A stretch of 53,029 bases of DNA from a virus (IMGVR_UViG_3300008267_000477:1-53029), one strand, 5' to 3'. Positions 1 through 8,716 are shown, numbered from the stretch's first letter. Notes: generated from the sequence alone by a model not told the origin. A program made the numbers and translations.

Positions 1-30
1 ACCTTTAGGTATAAAAGATTGAGAGATATG
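1..30 (+). promoter_or_regulatory. Early-type promoter/leader repeat, partial copy
   Basis: ACCTTTAGGTATAAAAGATTGAGAGATATG matches the 3' half of seven full copies downstream. Confidence 0.75.
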
Positions 31-252
31 AGTAATCAAAACAACAAAGCAGCAGAGATCGTCAAGGGAATGATCGTGAAGTATGAAGGTGGCAACTACC
101 GTGTGTCATGTGTCAAGGGAGGGAAAGTCAACCTCAAGTCAGTATTCGGTAAGACAATCTATCACAAAGGGATTCCCGTTGAGTTGGTAGTAGAGGACGG
201 AAAGGCTTGGTACGAGAGATGGTCCCAGTCTGAAACTTATATGTGTATGTAA
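28..252 (+). CDS. Hypothetical phage protein (small, SH3/KOW-like beta protein possible)
   Basis: ORF track 19..252; start moved to the ATG of the GAGAGATATG leader. Confidence 0.75.
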   Translation: MSNQNNKAAEIVKGMIVKYEGGNYRVSCVKGGKVNLKSVFGKTIYHKGIPVELVVEDGKAWYERWSQSETYMCM

Positions 253-267
253 AAAAGTTTTGCACAG

Positions 268-327
268 CTGTTGCAAACTCGAAAAATAGTAATGACCTTT
301 AAGTATAAATTTAAAAAGAGAGATATG
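268..327 (+). promoter_or_regulatory. Early-type promoter/leader repeat
   Basis: CTGTTGCA; TTG at 271-273, 20-nt spacer, GACCTTTA at 294-301, AGTATAA, AAGAGAGATATG. Confidence 0.8.
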
Positions 328-1512
328 AAAACTATGAATTATCCAATGATTGCCCAAGTAAAGATGGCCCCTGGCAAGGCTGGTAAGATGGTCGTTAAGG
401 CCTTCGATTCGACTTCCGGAGAGGAAGTGAAAGGTATTGTGTATGTAACCCTTCAAGGTGCCTTCAAGGCCGGAATGAATCTAGCCAAGGCTAGTGAGGA
501 TTCCTCTTGGATGCGTGTCGGTCAAGAGGTTACAGTTGAGACATTAGAGTCTATAATGAAAGGTGCTGAGCCTGCAAATGCTGCGGTCTCTGAAGCTCCT
601 AACGAGGTGATGGCCTTCCTTTCCACTTGTGTGGAGAAACGTCCTTCTACCTTGTATATTGAGGACCTTAACTGGAAGTTCATGTGTCGTACTGCGATGC
701 GTGGAGGTAACATGCTAATGACCGGACCTACCGGGTGTGGTAAGTCACAGACAGCCATTGCGGTTGCTAAGGCCCTAGGTCGTGAGTTGTTCTATGTGAA
801 CTTAGGAGCCACACAGGATCCACGAGGTACACTGATCGGTAACACTCACTTCTCCAAAGAGGTTGGTACTTTCTTTAACGAGTCTGCTTTCGTGAAAGCC
901 ATTCAGACACCTAACACAGTGATTCTCTTAGATGAGATATCGAGAGCACACCCTGAAGCTTGGAACATCTTGATGACGGTACTTGACCCAGGTCAGAGAT
1001 ACTTGAGACTAGATGAGGCCGTAGGTGCTCCAACAGTGCATGTAGCGGAGGGTGTAGCGTTCATTGCTACTGCGAACATCGGTAGTGAATATACCGCCAC
1101 TCGTGTGATGGACCGAGCAATGCTTGACCGATTCACGATCGCAGAGATACCTTACTTGACTGTGGCTCAGGAGTCTAAGTTGCTCACTCAGTTATACCCA
1201 GCCATGCCTAAGAAGACTTGTCAGAACATCGCAGAGATTGCGGGTCAGACAAGAGCAGAGGTACTGACAGATTCACCTAGGATCTCCACTGCGATCTCTA
1301 CACGATCAGTGATCGAGATGGCCGGGTTAATGTCTGACGGGTTTGCGATCGAAGAGACAGCCCAAGTGAGTATCTACCCACTGTACTCTAACGACGGAGG
1401 GATGCAGTCAGAAAGGACTTATGTGAAGCAGTTAGTACAGAAGTACATCAACGATGGAACATCTGACAACTTAGTAGGAGAAGAGGAGACTAGTTCAGCA
1501 ATACCATTTTAA
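325..1512 (+). CDS. MoxR/CbbQ/CobS-like AAA+ ATPase (AAA_5)
   Basis: Walker A GPTGCGKS, Walker B LLDEISR, sensor ATAN, arginine-finger region DRAMLDRF; start reassigned from 271 to the leader ATG. Confidence 0.92.
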   Translation: MKTMNYPMIAQVKMAPGKAGKMVVKAFDSTSGEEVKGIVYVTLQGAFKAGMNLAKASEDSSWMRVGQEVTVETLESIMKGAEPANAAVSEAPNEVMAFLSTCVEKRPSTLYIEDLNWKFMCRTAMRGGNMLMTGPTGCGKSQTAIAVAKALGRELFYVNLGATQDPRGTLIGNTHFSKEVGTFFNESAFVKAIQTPNTVILLDEISRAHPEAWNILMTVLDPGQRYLRLDEAVGAPTVHVAEGVAFIATANIGSEYTATRVMDRAMLDRFTIAEIPYLTVAQESKLLTQLYPAMPKKTCQNIAEIAGQTRAEVLTDSPRISTAISTRSVIEMAGLMSDGFAIEETAQVSIYPLYSNDGGMQSERTYVKQLVQKYINDGTSDNLVGEEETSSAIPF

Positions 1513-1522
1513 TCTGCTGAGT

Positions 1523-1828
1523 ATGAAGAAGTTCCAAACACAAGCACAGAAGGAGTTCCAAAAGATGAAGCGGTTTGTAGACAAGCGCTTCCCTGGAGCA
1601 CACACAATAGCAAAGCAAGTAGGTAGCAGGAAGCACTACATAGTACTAGACGGAAAGGGTTATGCCATAGTAGATCCGGAGCTCATGCTGCCACCTGCAC
1701 TATCAGTACGCAAGGCGTGGGAGCAGGCAAAGTATGCTGCATGGTTTACTAACATGATCCGTAAGAGCAACAATGCATTCTCAGACGAGAAAATGCTGAA
1801 GAAGATGGCAAGAGAATCTGCAGATTAG
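1523..1828 (+). CDS. Hypothetical basic protein
   Basis: 101-aa ORF tightly packed between the ATPase and vWA genes. Confidence 0.75.
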   Translation: MKKFQTQAQKEFQKMKRFVDKRFPGAHTIAKQVGSRKHYIVLDGKGYAIVDPELMLPPALSVRKAWEQAKYAAWFTNMIRKSNNAFSDEKMLKKMARESAD

Positions 1829-1849
1829 TGGAAAATTTTTCCCAGCAAA

Positions 1850-1904
1850 CTGTTGCACTATAGGAAAATAAGGAGGACCTTTAGGTATAAGATTAAGAGA
1901 TATG
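1850..1904 (+). promoter_or_regulatory. Early-type promoter/leader repeat
   Basis: TTG at 1853-1855, 20-nt spacer, GACCTTTAGGTATAA, GATTAAGAGATATG. Confidence 0.8.
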
Positions 1905-4097
1905 AATACAACGACAAAAATGAGTTATGATGAGTTGCTGAGAAAAGCGCTCAACAAGGGCAAGTCTACTAAGAAAGACAAGTTCGACAAGAAGAAAAAC
2001 TATGCTAGCTTCTGGATGGATGATCTAGGGCGTGGTGGTGATCGCTTCGGTATCAGTAGTGACTTCTCCGGTAAGTCTAGTGACTTGGTTAAATCAATCA
2101 AGTTGAACTCGTATCGTAGAGCTGTTGCGAACTTCGTTAAGATCCTGACTAACAAGGAGATACCGGTTCGCTTCCAGGGTACTGACTCTTATACGGATGG
2201 TAAGAGTGTTACTATCAGTACTGACATCAAAGATGATAACTTCGACGTTACAGTTGGATTAGCTTTGCACGAAGCCTCTCACATCTTGTTGACAGACTTC
2301 GCTATCTTGCCTATCCTTAACAGCGGTAACCACACTGAGGTAGAAAAGATCGTAAGTAAGTTTCCTGCTGAGGCTCACGGGATTATCCGAATGATGATCA
2401 AAGACTTACTTAACTGGGTTGAGGACAGAAGGATTGATAACTTCGTGTTCAGTACCTCTCCTGGTTACAAAGCTTACTACCACAAGTTGTACGACCACTA
2501 CTTCAACAACGATAAGATTGTTGCTAAGGGATTGAAAGCTAAGAAGTACCGAAACCCTAAGACTATTGATAGTTGGATGATGCACATCATCAACATGACC
2601 AACTCCAACTTCAACCCTACAGCAATGCCGGGCTTGCAAGAAGTAACTAACATAGTTGACATTAACAAGATCAGTCGATTGAAGTCCACGAATGATGCAC
2701 TAGAAGTGGTGTTGATGATGATGGAAGTGATCGCTGAGCACCTCGAGTTCAAGACTAAGGAACAAGAGGAAGAAGAGCAAGAAGGTCAACAACCGATGCC
2801 AGGTGAAGGTGGTGAGGAAGGTGAGAAACAGAAGAGCCAAGGTTCTGCTGGTGGATCAGGTGAAGGTAATGAAGAGGAGGGTGAGGAGTCTGAGTCAGAA
2901 GAATCTGAGGAAGATGAGACAGAAGATGAAGGTGAGGAGTTAGATGGTTCAGAAGAAGCTGCTATCGAGAGTCACATGGAGAAGCAAAAGAAGTTCGGTG
3001 ACGGAAAGACAATGAAGAAGTCTGCTGGTAGAAACCTTGCTAGAAAGCTTGACAAGGCTGAGAAGGAAGGTGTGACAATCGAACAAGTAGCTGGTAAGTA
3101 CACTTGTCTTAACTACGACATCACCGGTAAGGAGTTCGTAGCCTCAACTACTGCTTCAGAACAGATCAACCAGTTACAGAGTGAGAGATCGAGACTTCCT
3201 TACGGAGACAAGAAACGTGATGAGCTTGGCAAGCAGATCGATGCTCTAAGAGAGCAACGAGAAATGCTTGACAGCAACTACTTCGGTAGTAGCTCTGCGA
3301 GATATACAAAAGCAATCGAGGAAGGCTTACTAATGGGACAGTTGCTAGGAAGAAAGCTTCAGACCCGTAATGAGTCAAGAGATCGAATCGACAACAGACT
3401 TAGAAGCGGTAAGATAGACAACAGACGACTAGCTGCTGCAGGGTACGGAATCGAAAGTATCTTCCACCAGGTAACAGTAGATAAGTACAAGAAAGCAAAC
3501 ATCCACTTATCGCTAGACGGATCAGGAAGTATGGGAGGAACGAACTGGGCCAACACAGCCAAGCTCGCTGCAGCGATAGCCAAAGCAATCACATACACAC
3601 AGAACGTAAGTATGCAGATCTCGATAAGAGTAACTACTAACGACGGTGGAACCCTTCCAGTTAACTACTTCATCTACGACTCACGTAAGAACACAATCAG
3701 GGAATTGCAACTGATACTAGGAAGCTTCTCTCCTAACGGGATGACACCAGAGGGACTTTGCTTCGAGAGTATGTTGAAGAAAGGACAACTAGTGAAGAGT
3801 GACTCAGACATGGACAGCTACTTCGTAAACCTCTCCGACGGAGGACCTGGAGGAGTTGGTAACTACCAAGGAGAGACAGCAATGAGACACACAAGAGACC
3901 AGATCACTAAGATGCGTAACGAGCTAGGGATGAACATCTTAAGCTACTTTATGACAGAGTATAAGAGTGATGACTTCGGTAGCACTAGCTCAGGTAGAAT
4001 GTTCCAGGGGATGTACGGAAAGGCAGCTACACAAGTTCAACCAGACAACGCACTACAGATAGCTAAGACATTAAACAATATGTTCATGGGTAAGTAA
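1902..4097 (+). CDS. CobT-like vWA-domain protein with N-terminal HExxH peptidase-like domain and acidic linker
   Basis: HEASH and NWVEDRRID in the N-domain, E/G-rich linker, MIDAS DGSGS...T...LSDG; typical MoxR partner. Confidence 0.88.
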   Translation: MNTTTKMSYDELLRKALNKGKSTKKDKFDKKKNYASFWMDDLGRGGDRFGISSDFSGKSSDLVKSIKLNSYRRAVANFVKILTNKEIPVRFQGTDSYTDGKSVTISTDIKDDNFDVTVGLALHEASHILLTDFAILPILNSGNHTEVEKIVSKFPAEAHGIIRMMIKDLLNWVEDRRIDNFVFSTSPGYKAYYHKLYDHYFNNDKIVAKGLKAKKYRNPKTIDSWMMHIINMTNSNFNPTAMPGLQEVTNIVDINKISRLKSTNDALEVVLMMMEVIAEHLEFKTKEQEEEEQEGQQPMPGEGGEEGEKQKSQGSAGGSGEGNEEEGEESESEESEEDETEDEGEELDGSEEAAIESHMEKQKKFGDGKTMKKSAGRNLARKLDKAEKEGVTIEQVAGKYTCLNYDITGKEFVASTTASEQINQLQSERSRLPYGDKKRDELGKQIDALREQREMLDSNYFGSSSARYTKAIEEGLLMGQLLGRKLQTRNESRDRIDNRLRSGKIDNRRLAAAGYGIESIFHQVTVDKYKKANIHLSLDGSGSMGGTNWANTAKLAAAIAKAITYTQNVSMQISIRVTTNDGGTLPVNYFIYDSRKNTIRELQLILGSFSPNGMTPEGLCFESMLKKGQLVKSDSDMDSYFVNLSDGGPGGVGNYQGETAMRHTRDQITKMRNELGMNILSYFMTEYKSDDFGSTSSGRMFQGMYGKAATQVQPDNALQIAKTLNNMFMGK

Positions 4098-4116
4098 TCA
4101 TATCTCTCTCTTAATC
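4098..4116 (+). promoter_or_regulatory. Anti-leader element (reverse complement of the early start motif)
   Basis: TCATATCTCTCTCTTAATC is the reverse complement of GATTAAGAGAGAGATATGA. Confidence 0.45.
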
Positions 4117-4127
4117 AAACACTTACC

Positions 4128-4425
4128 CAGGGGGACCTCCAGCAAAGATATAGCATGGGGGTCCCCCCTATATAAGCCGGTGTATATCGAGGGGATCCCC
4201 CTGTGCAAAACCGGTGCATAACGAGGGGGATATCCCCCGAAAAACGGTGCAAAAAGCGTGCAAAACACCCCCTATAATTACGTGAAAACCGGGTGGGTAT
4301 CGCCCTATTTTTCGGAAACTATATGCGTACACATTGCGATGGTGATTTTTTTTCCTATAGGACATTGACACTCGAGTTACACTGCGTGTAATGTCTATAT
4401 TTAACCTCCCATCCCCGATGGGAGC
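4128..4425. repeat. GC-rich cluster of palindromes and short direct repeats (non-coding)
   Basis: GGGGACCTCC..GGGGGTCCCC, GGGGATCCCC (4191-4200), GGGGGATATCCCCC (4225-4238), three GTGCAAAA copies, GACATT-GACAC..GTGT-AATGTC, CTCCCATC..GATGGGAG. Confidence 0.8.
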
Positions 4426-4477
4426 CACATAGTACAAAGTGGCACCCCATTAACAAAAGGGAATCCAAAACCGAGCA

Positions 4478-4528
4478 TATTTATACCAAATAACCGCTGG
4501 TTAAAAATAAAAAATTTAGTATATTTAT
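4478..4528 (+). promoter_or_regulatory. Two late-type TATTTAT promoter motifs
   Basis: TATTTATA at 4478-4485 and TATTTAT at 4522-4528, ahead of ATG 4532. Confidence 0.6.
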
Positions 4529-4531
4529 CCC

Positions 4532-4768
4532 ATGAAAATCGACAAAAAAAAGCTAATGGAACTAGCCAATATCAAGGCTAAAAAGCGCAGCCTAAGAGAG
4601 GCAAAATCCAACATTAAAACTACGTGGAGAAACGTGCAAGACCTGGAAGCAGACTTGCAGGATTGGATGACTACATTAGACGCTCAACAAGTGCAGGACG
4701 TGCTAGATACGTTGCAGAACTTCGTGGATAACTACGAGGGTGAAATGGACATGGATGACGACTTTTAA
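4532..4768 (+). CDS. Small tagged protein (KKLMELANI tag), acidic C-terminus
   Basis: ORF track; N-terminus shared with neighbouring genes. Confidence 0.8.
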   Translation: MKIDKKKLMELANIKAKKRSLREAKSNIKTTWRNVQDLEADLQDWMTTLDAQQVQDVLDTLQNFVDNYEGEMDMDDDF

Positions 4769-4785
4769 CTCAGTAAAACACACCA

Positions 4786-5031
4786 ATGAAAATCACTAGA
4801 AAACAACTCATTGAGAACGCTGGAATCTTCAGAGAAGGTACTTCAGATCGCGACGCAATCGCACACTACGTGTGGGGTAGAGATGAGCTTATGGATAAGT
4901 CAGAGGACGAGATAGAACGCGTTATTGATGAGATGGAAAAAGAGTGGATGGCATCCAAAGGCAACTACCCAAGTGTCGACGAGTACATCGAGGAATTTGA
5001 TGAAAACGGCGGTATAGAAATGTTCCTATAA
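4786..5031 (+). CDS. Small tagged protein (MKITRKQLIENAGIFRE), acidic
   Basis: ORF track; shared N-terminal motif. Confidence 0.8.
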   Translation: MKITRKQLIENAGIFREGTSDRDAIAHYVWGRDELMDKSEDEIERVIDEMEKEWMASKGNYPSVDEYIEEFDENGGIEMFL

Positions 5032-5054
5032 CACAGTAAAACACACAAACAACT

Positions 5055-5417
5055 ATGATAGCGTTTTTTGCACCATTCATCATAAGTCGACAAAAATCAG
5101 CTCCACTCTTAGGTAGCAAACCGGAGTTTCAATTGGGTATTGATCAAATCAAAGTCGGCGATTGGATCGGATATTACAACACCGATAAAAACCGCTGTCG
5201 CGGTGGAGGGCAGGTAATTGAGATCCGTCCTAAATCGGTTATTTTGGATCAGGTTAGAGGGTTTAAAATTGGTAGTATGAAAACCAAAGGATCACCGGTT
5301 GGAGATGGTAAAATGGAGTTAAAAATTGGTGGTGTAAGAAGTGGCAAGTTTAATGGCTGGAAAATCATAACTCCGGATAAAATTGCTCACGTTAAAAGTA
5401 AAGGAGCACGACAATGA
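5055..5417 (+). CDS. Hypothetical protein
   Basis: 120-aa ORF with A-rich leader; ATGA overlap with the next gene. Confidence 0.7.
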   Translation: MIAFFAPFIISRQKSAPLLGSKPEFQLGIDQIKVGDWIGYYNTDKNRCRGGGQVIEIRPKSVILDQVRGFKIGSMKTKGSPVGDGKMELKIGGVRSGKFNGWKIITPDKIAHVKSKGARQ

Positions 5418-5758
5418 AACTAACCAAGAAACGCCTAATGGAAAACGCGGGCCTGCTGCAAGAAAAAGCACCAAGCCAATACGCTATCATGGTAGGATCT
5501 CACGCTGCTAGATTAGTGGGTTTTGAGGTTTCTATATCTAGCGGTAAAGCGATGGACGGCGGTACTGTTAGTGGCGATTTTCTAGTGGTTGGATACGGTA
5601 GTATAGTGCAAAATACTACTGGGGATTTTACCTATGACACTCGTCCATCTAACGGCATAATCTTCGTACAACAAGCATGGACCGGCGGTAGTGGAAAAGT
5701 GCAAGGAGTGTTGTATCATCCGAGTATGGACGGTAATTCTATTAAAGTAAAACAGTAA
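5414..5758 (+). CDS. Small tagged protein (MKLTKKRLMENAGLLQE)
   Basis: ORF track; shared N-terminal motif. Confidence 0.8.
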   Translation: MKLTKKRLMENAGLLQEKAPSQYAIMVGSHAARLVGFEVSISSGKAMDGGTVSGDFLVVGYGSIVQNTTGDFTYDTRPSNGIIFVQQAWTGGSGKVQGVLYHPSMDGNSIKVKQ

Positions 5759-6153
5759 TGAAATTAAGAGAACTCAAAGCCATTATCAAAGAGGAAGTAC
5801 GTAGTGTACTAAAAGAAAACGCGGCGGTAGACTACGATAAATTGGTGGATCTTATCATGGGAGCTGACAATGACAGACAGCTTGCAATATCGTACGATTC
5901 GTACCACGGTGGCATTAAAATCGGTGGAGTCACTTACTCTAAGGGAGACCTAGTAAGAGTGTTTAAACAGCCGGTTGGATCGTCGGGAGACATTAAGGCT
6001 TTGTTCTACTACGCACAACAAGATCCCGCTAAAACAAAGGCGGAAGTTGAGCGTATTGCTAAACAAAAATTCGGGCCACATAGCTTGTTTGTTTCTACGG
6101 AAAAAGGGTTCGAGAATGAGATCATTGTCAAGTATTCACCACGCATTAGATAA
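5758..6153 (+). CDS. Tagged protein (MKLRELKAIIKEEV..LKE)
   Basis: ORF track; TAATG coupling. Confidence 0.8.
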   Translation: MKLRELKAIIKEEVRSVLKENAAVDYDKLVDLIMGADNDRQLAISYDSYHGGIKIGGVTYSKGDLVRVFKQPVGSSGDIKALFYYAQQDPAKTKAEVERIAKQKFGPHSLFVSTEKGFENEIIVKYSPRIR

Positions 6154-6159
6154 TATAAA

Positions 6160-6909
6160 ATGAAACTGAGAGAATTAAAGAAAATCGTTAAAGAAGAAAC
6201 CTCTAAGGTTGTTAATGAAAAGCTGAATTTCGTACTAGGACCAACCATTCATGGTGATCCTAATAAGCCTATGAAGGACGACTTCAAGATCGCTTTTACA
6301 AACCCAAAAAAGGCGATAATGACTATCATGCAAGTCAATCAAGATCTCAAGTCTCGAGGACTTGAACCCGTTAAGTATGATAACGTAGGAGTCGTGTTTA
6401 ACAAGCCAAGCAACCAACAAATGCAATTCATCTTAAACGCGTTTAACAACGAAGATGTTATGAGCGTTGGACGTGTGTTAAAAGAAGGTACACTTAACGA
6501 AGCATCGGGATGGCCAATCGGTCATTTTGAAGTAATAAACACGTTTAAAATCACACCGGGTGGTGGCTGGCAAGTGTCGTTTAATAAGGGTGATATTCTA
6601 CGAGTTGAAGATGCTTCAAAAATGGGATATCCCGGCGTTCAAAAGATCGTAAAATGGGATGCGTTAAAGAATGATTGGGTGACTAAACGTCCGCCAATTA
6701 GCGGCATGGAAGTGTTCCCAATTGACAAGTTTGCCGGCTCATATAACTGGGTTAGTACATTCACTCAAAACACAAAAGCACTTTCAAAAGGCGCGGCGGA
6801 ATCCAAGGCAAAATCTATGGCAAAAGAGACTGTACTTAGTGCACGTGATGCCATTAAAATGCTTCAAGGATTGTCACAAAATCAACAAGTAAAAATCACG
6901 ATAATCTAA
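6160..6909 (+). CDS. Tagged protein (MKLRELKKIVKEE), two modules separated by LKEGTLNE
   Basis: ORF track; N-terminus paralogous to the 5758 gene. Confidence 0.8.
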   Translation: MKLRELKKIVKEETSKVVNEKLNFVLGPTIHGDPNKPMKDDFKIAFTNPKKAIMTIMQVNQDLKSRGLEPVKYDNVGVVFNKPSNQQMQFILNAFNNEDVMSVGRVLKEGTLNEASGWPIGHFEVINTFKITPGGGWQVSFNKGDILRVEDASKMGYPGVQKIVKWDALKNDWVTKRPPISGMEVFPIDKFAGSYNWVSTFTQNTKALSKGAAESKAKSMAKETVLSARDAIKMLQGLSQNQQVKITII

Positions 6910-7193
6910 TGCCTAACACAGTGAACACAAACAAACGAAGACTACAAGAATTAGCGGGTCTTAGACTTAATGAAGGCGCGTATAGTCCACAACAAGTGGC
7001 GGCTACAAAAGCCATGATTGCTAAGGCTCAAAAGGCGAAAAGTGACATGGAATTAGTGCTTAAAGATCTCCAAAAAATGGCGGGTGAAGATCGTCGATTT
7101 GAAGGAGATGTTACGTATCTTGAACAAGTGGTCAATGCTTTACATGCGTACATTATGGACGCTGATAAGTTTGTAATACAAGGCAAAGTTTAA
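6909..7193 (+). CDS. Small tagged protein (KRRLQELAGLRLNE)
   Basis: ORF track; TAATG coupling. Confidence 0.8.
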   Translation: MPNTVNTNKRRLQELAGLRLNEGAYSPQQVAATKAMIAKAQKAKSDMELVLKDLQKMAGEDRRFEGDVTYLEQVVNALHAYIMDADKFVIQGKV

Positions 7194-7199
7194 GTAAAA

Positions 7200-7316
7200 A
7201 TGGCCAAAGCTAGAAAGGAAGGAAAGCCCAAAAGGAACCGAGTTAACTTGGCTAAAAGGGCCAAAATAATCGCGCGGAATCAAGCGCTTTTGAAACAATA
7301 TGAAAATGAAAAATAA
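7200..7316 (+). CDS. Very basic 38-aa protein (MAKARKEGKPKRNRVNLAKRAK...)
   Basis: Translated by hand; A-rich leader; fills the gap between two genes; below the ORF-track cutoff. Confidence 0.6.
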   Translation: MAKARKEGKPKRNRVNLAKRAKIIARNQALLKQYENEK

Positions 7317-7629
7317 CACGACAAAACGGAGGTTAATGGAGTTGGCTGCTATCAATGAAGCGCCTCTTGATTTCAAGTATAGTCCTGAAGTTAAACAAGC
7401 AAAAGAGCAGGTAATGAACGCTGTTAAAGACTTGCCTTACAACTTCAAAGATGACGATGATATGACGTTGGCTGGTATGTTTGATAACCTACTTGCTGAG
7501 GCTCTTTTTGGAGGTGATTACGATACGTTTGAAGAGAATGATGGCTATGGTTTACGTGATAAAATAATCGGTAATATCACTCAAGCAATGAAGGTTGCTG
7601 TTGAGAAGGAACTTAAAATGATAGGGTAA
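7300..7629 (+). CDS. Small tagged protein (KRRLMELAAINE)
   Basis: ORF track; shared motif. Confidence 0.8.
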   Translation: MKMKNNTTKRRLMELAAINEAPLDFKYSPEVKQAKEQVMNAVKDLPYNFKDDDDMTLAGMFDNLLAEALFGGDYDTFEENDGYGLRDKIIGNITQAMKVAVEKELKMIG

Positions 7630-7865
7630 TGAAACACGAAACTACAAAGAAACGACTAATGGAATTAGCGGCAATTAATAACCCGTTCAAGAACGAAGCG
7701 TTAATGGCTGCCCCAGCTGCTGCTTCTGAGGTGTTATCAATGCTTGCTCATCCCGACTTGAAAAAGAGTATGGAAATGCTTGCTGACATGCTAGACGACG
7801 CTGAGTATATGGCTATCAAGAAGCTGTATGATGGCTTGTATAACGAGGTGAAAAAGTACGAATAA
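7629..7865 (+). CDS. Small tagged protein (KKRLMELAAIN)
   Basis: ORF track; TAATG coupling. Confidence 0.8.
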   Translation: MKHETTKKRLMELAAINNPFKNEALMAAPAAASEVLSMLAHPDLKKSMEMLADMLDDAEYMAIKKLYDGLYNEVKKYE

Positions 7866-8716
7866 TGATGAAAAATACAAAGATAGAAGCGATCATTCGC
7901 GAAGAGGTTAGTGCACTTTTTAACGAAGCTGCCAACCCGGAATTAGACAGAACAGTTGATAAATTCGTTAAGGGTTTAGCAACAAAATATGGATACAAAA
8001 GCTCGGATGCTGTCATGGCTATCTTCGAAGCTTTGAAGCGTTTGAACTTAATTCACAAGGATGCAAACTACAAAGCGCCTTCTGGGTTTGAAGTTGCTGA
8101 GTCAGCTTATGCCATGTTGGGTGGCGAACATCCTATGCAAGATGCTGAGATGAGAAAGAAGGTAGTTGAGCCTAATCTAGGACCTAACTACGAAGCAGTA
8201 ATCATGTTTAAGGACTCTGCGTACAAGCAAGTAGCTGCTAAATACCCATATGCAGTGACTGAGAAGTGGAAGAATTTGTATCGCTCTTCTAACTACCAGG
8301 GATATGCACAAATCTCTCCTGATGGTAAGGTGATTAAGGCTGCGATTTTAGATCAAGGTGGAATTGTAGGAGCTTACTATATTAAGTCTGGAGCTTCGGT
8401 GTCTGAGTCATTTAAAAAATCGCACTTGAAGGGGTTGATTCGTGAGGCAGTTAATGCTAAGTTGAGAAACGAAGGAGCAATGTCTGAGTTAGATATCTTA
8501 ATGGATGAATCACGCAACTTTGCAGACTTCTTAAACAAAGTCAAATCCGATCCTAAGTTTAAAGGTGTTGATGTGAACTCTCCGGAAGTAAAGGACTTTT
8601 TACAGACTATGTGGGACGATACAATGGATAAAGGTAGTACAATGGGAATGGCAGCAGAAGGACTTATCCGACGCCTTGTAAGAGAGGAGTTAAAGCAACT
8701 AAAAAAGAGCAAATAA
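7865..8716 (+). CDS. Multi-module protein with three IREE-type motifs
   Basis: IEAIIREEV, LKGLIREAV and LIRRLVREEL. Confidence 0.8.
   Translation: MMKNTKIEAIIREEVSALFNEAANPELDRTVDKFVKGLATKYGYKSSDAVMAIFEALKRLNLIHKDANYKAPSGFEVAESAYAMLGGEHPMQDAEMRKKVVEPNLGPNYEAVIMFKDSAYKQVAAKYPYAVTEKWKNLYRSSNYQGYAQISPDGKVIKAAILDQGGIVGAYYIKSGASVSESFKKSHLKGLIREAVNAKLRNEGAMSELDILMDESRNFADFLNKVKSDPKFKGVDVNSPEVKDFLQTMWDDTMDKGSTMGMAAEGLIRRLVREELKQLKKSK

Noticed and set aside
271-324. Shared peptide (M/L)TF(K/R)YK..RDM at the N-termini of track ORFs 271 and 10910, and MRDM at 19 and 12725
   Set aside because: Artefact of translating the promoter/leader repeat; true starts are the leader ATGs
4168-4437. 89-aa minus-strand ORF across the palindrome cluster
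   Set aside because: No credible start or protein-like features; the open frame is explained by local GC richness
4771-5046. Duplicated CAGTAAAACACAC leader before 4786 and 5055
   Set aside because: Only two copies; likely a local duplication of an A/C-rich translation leader
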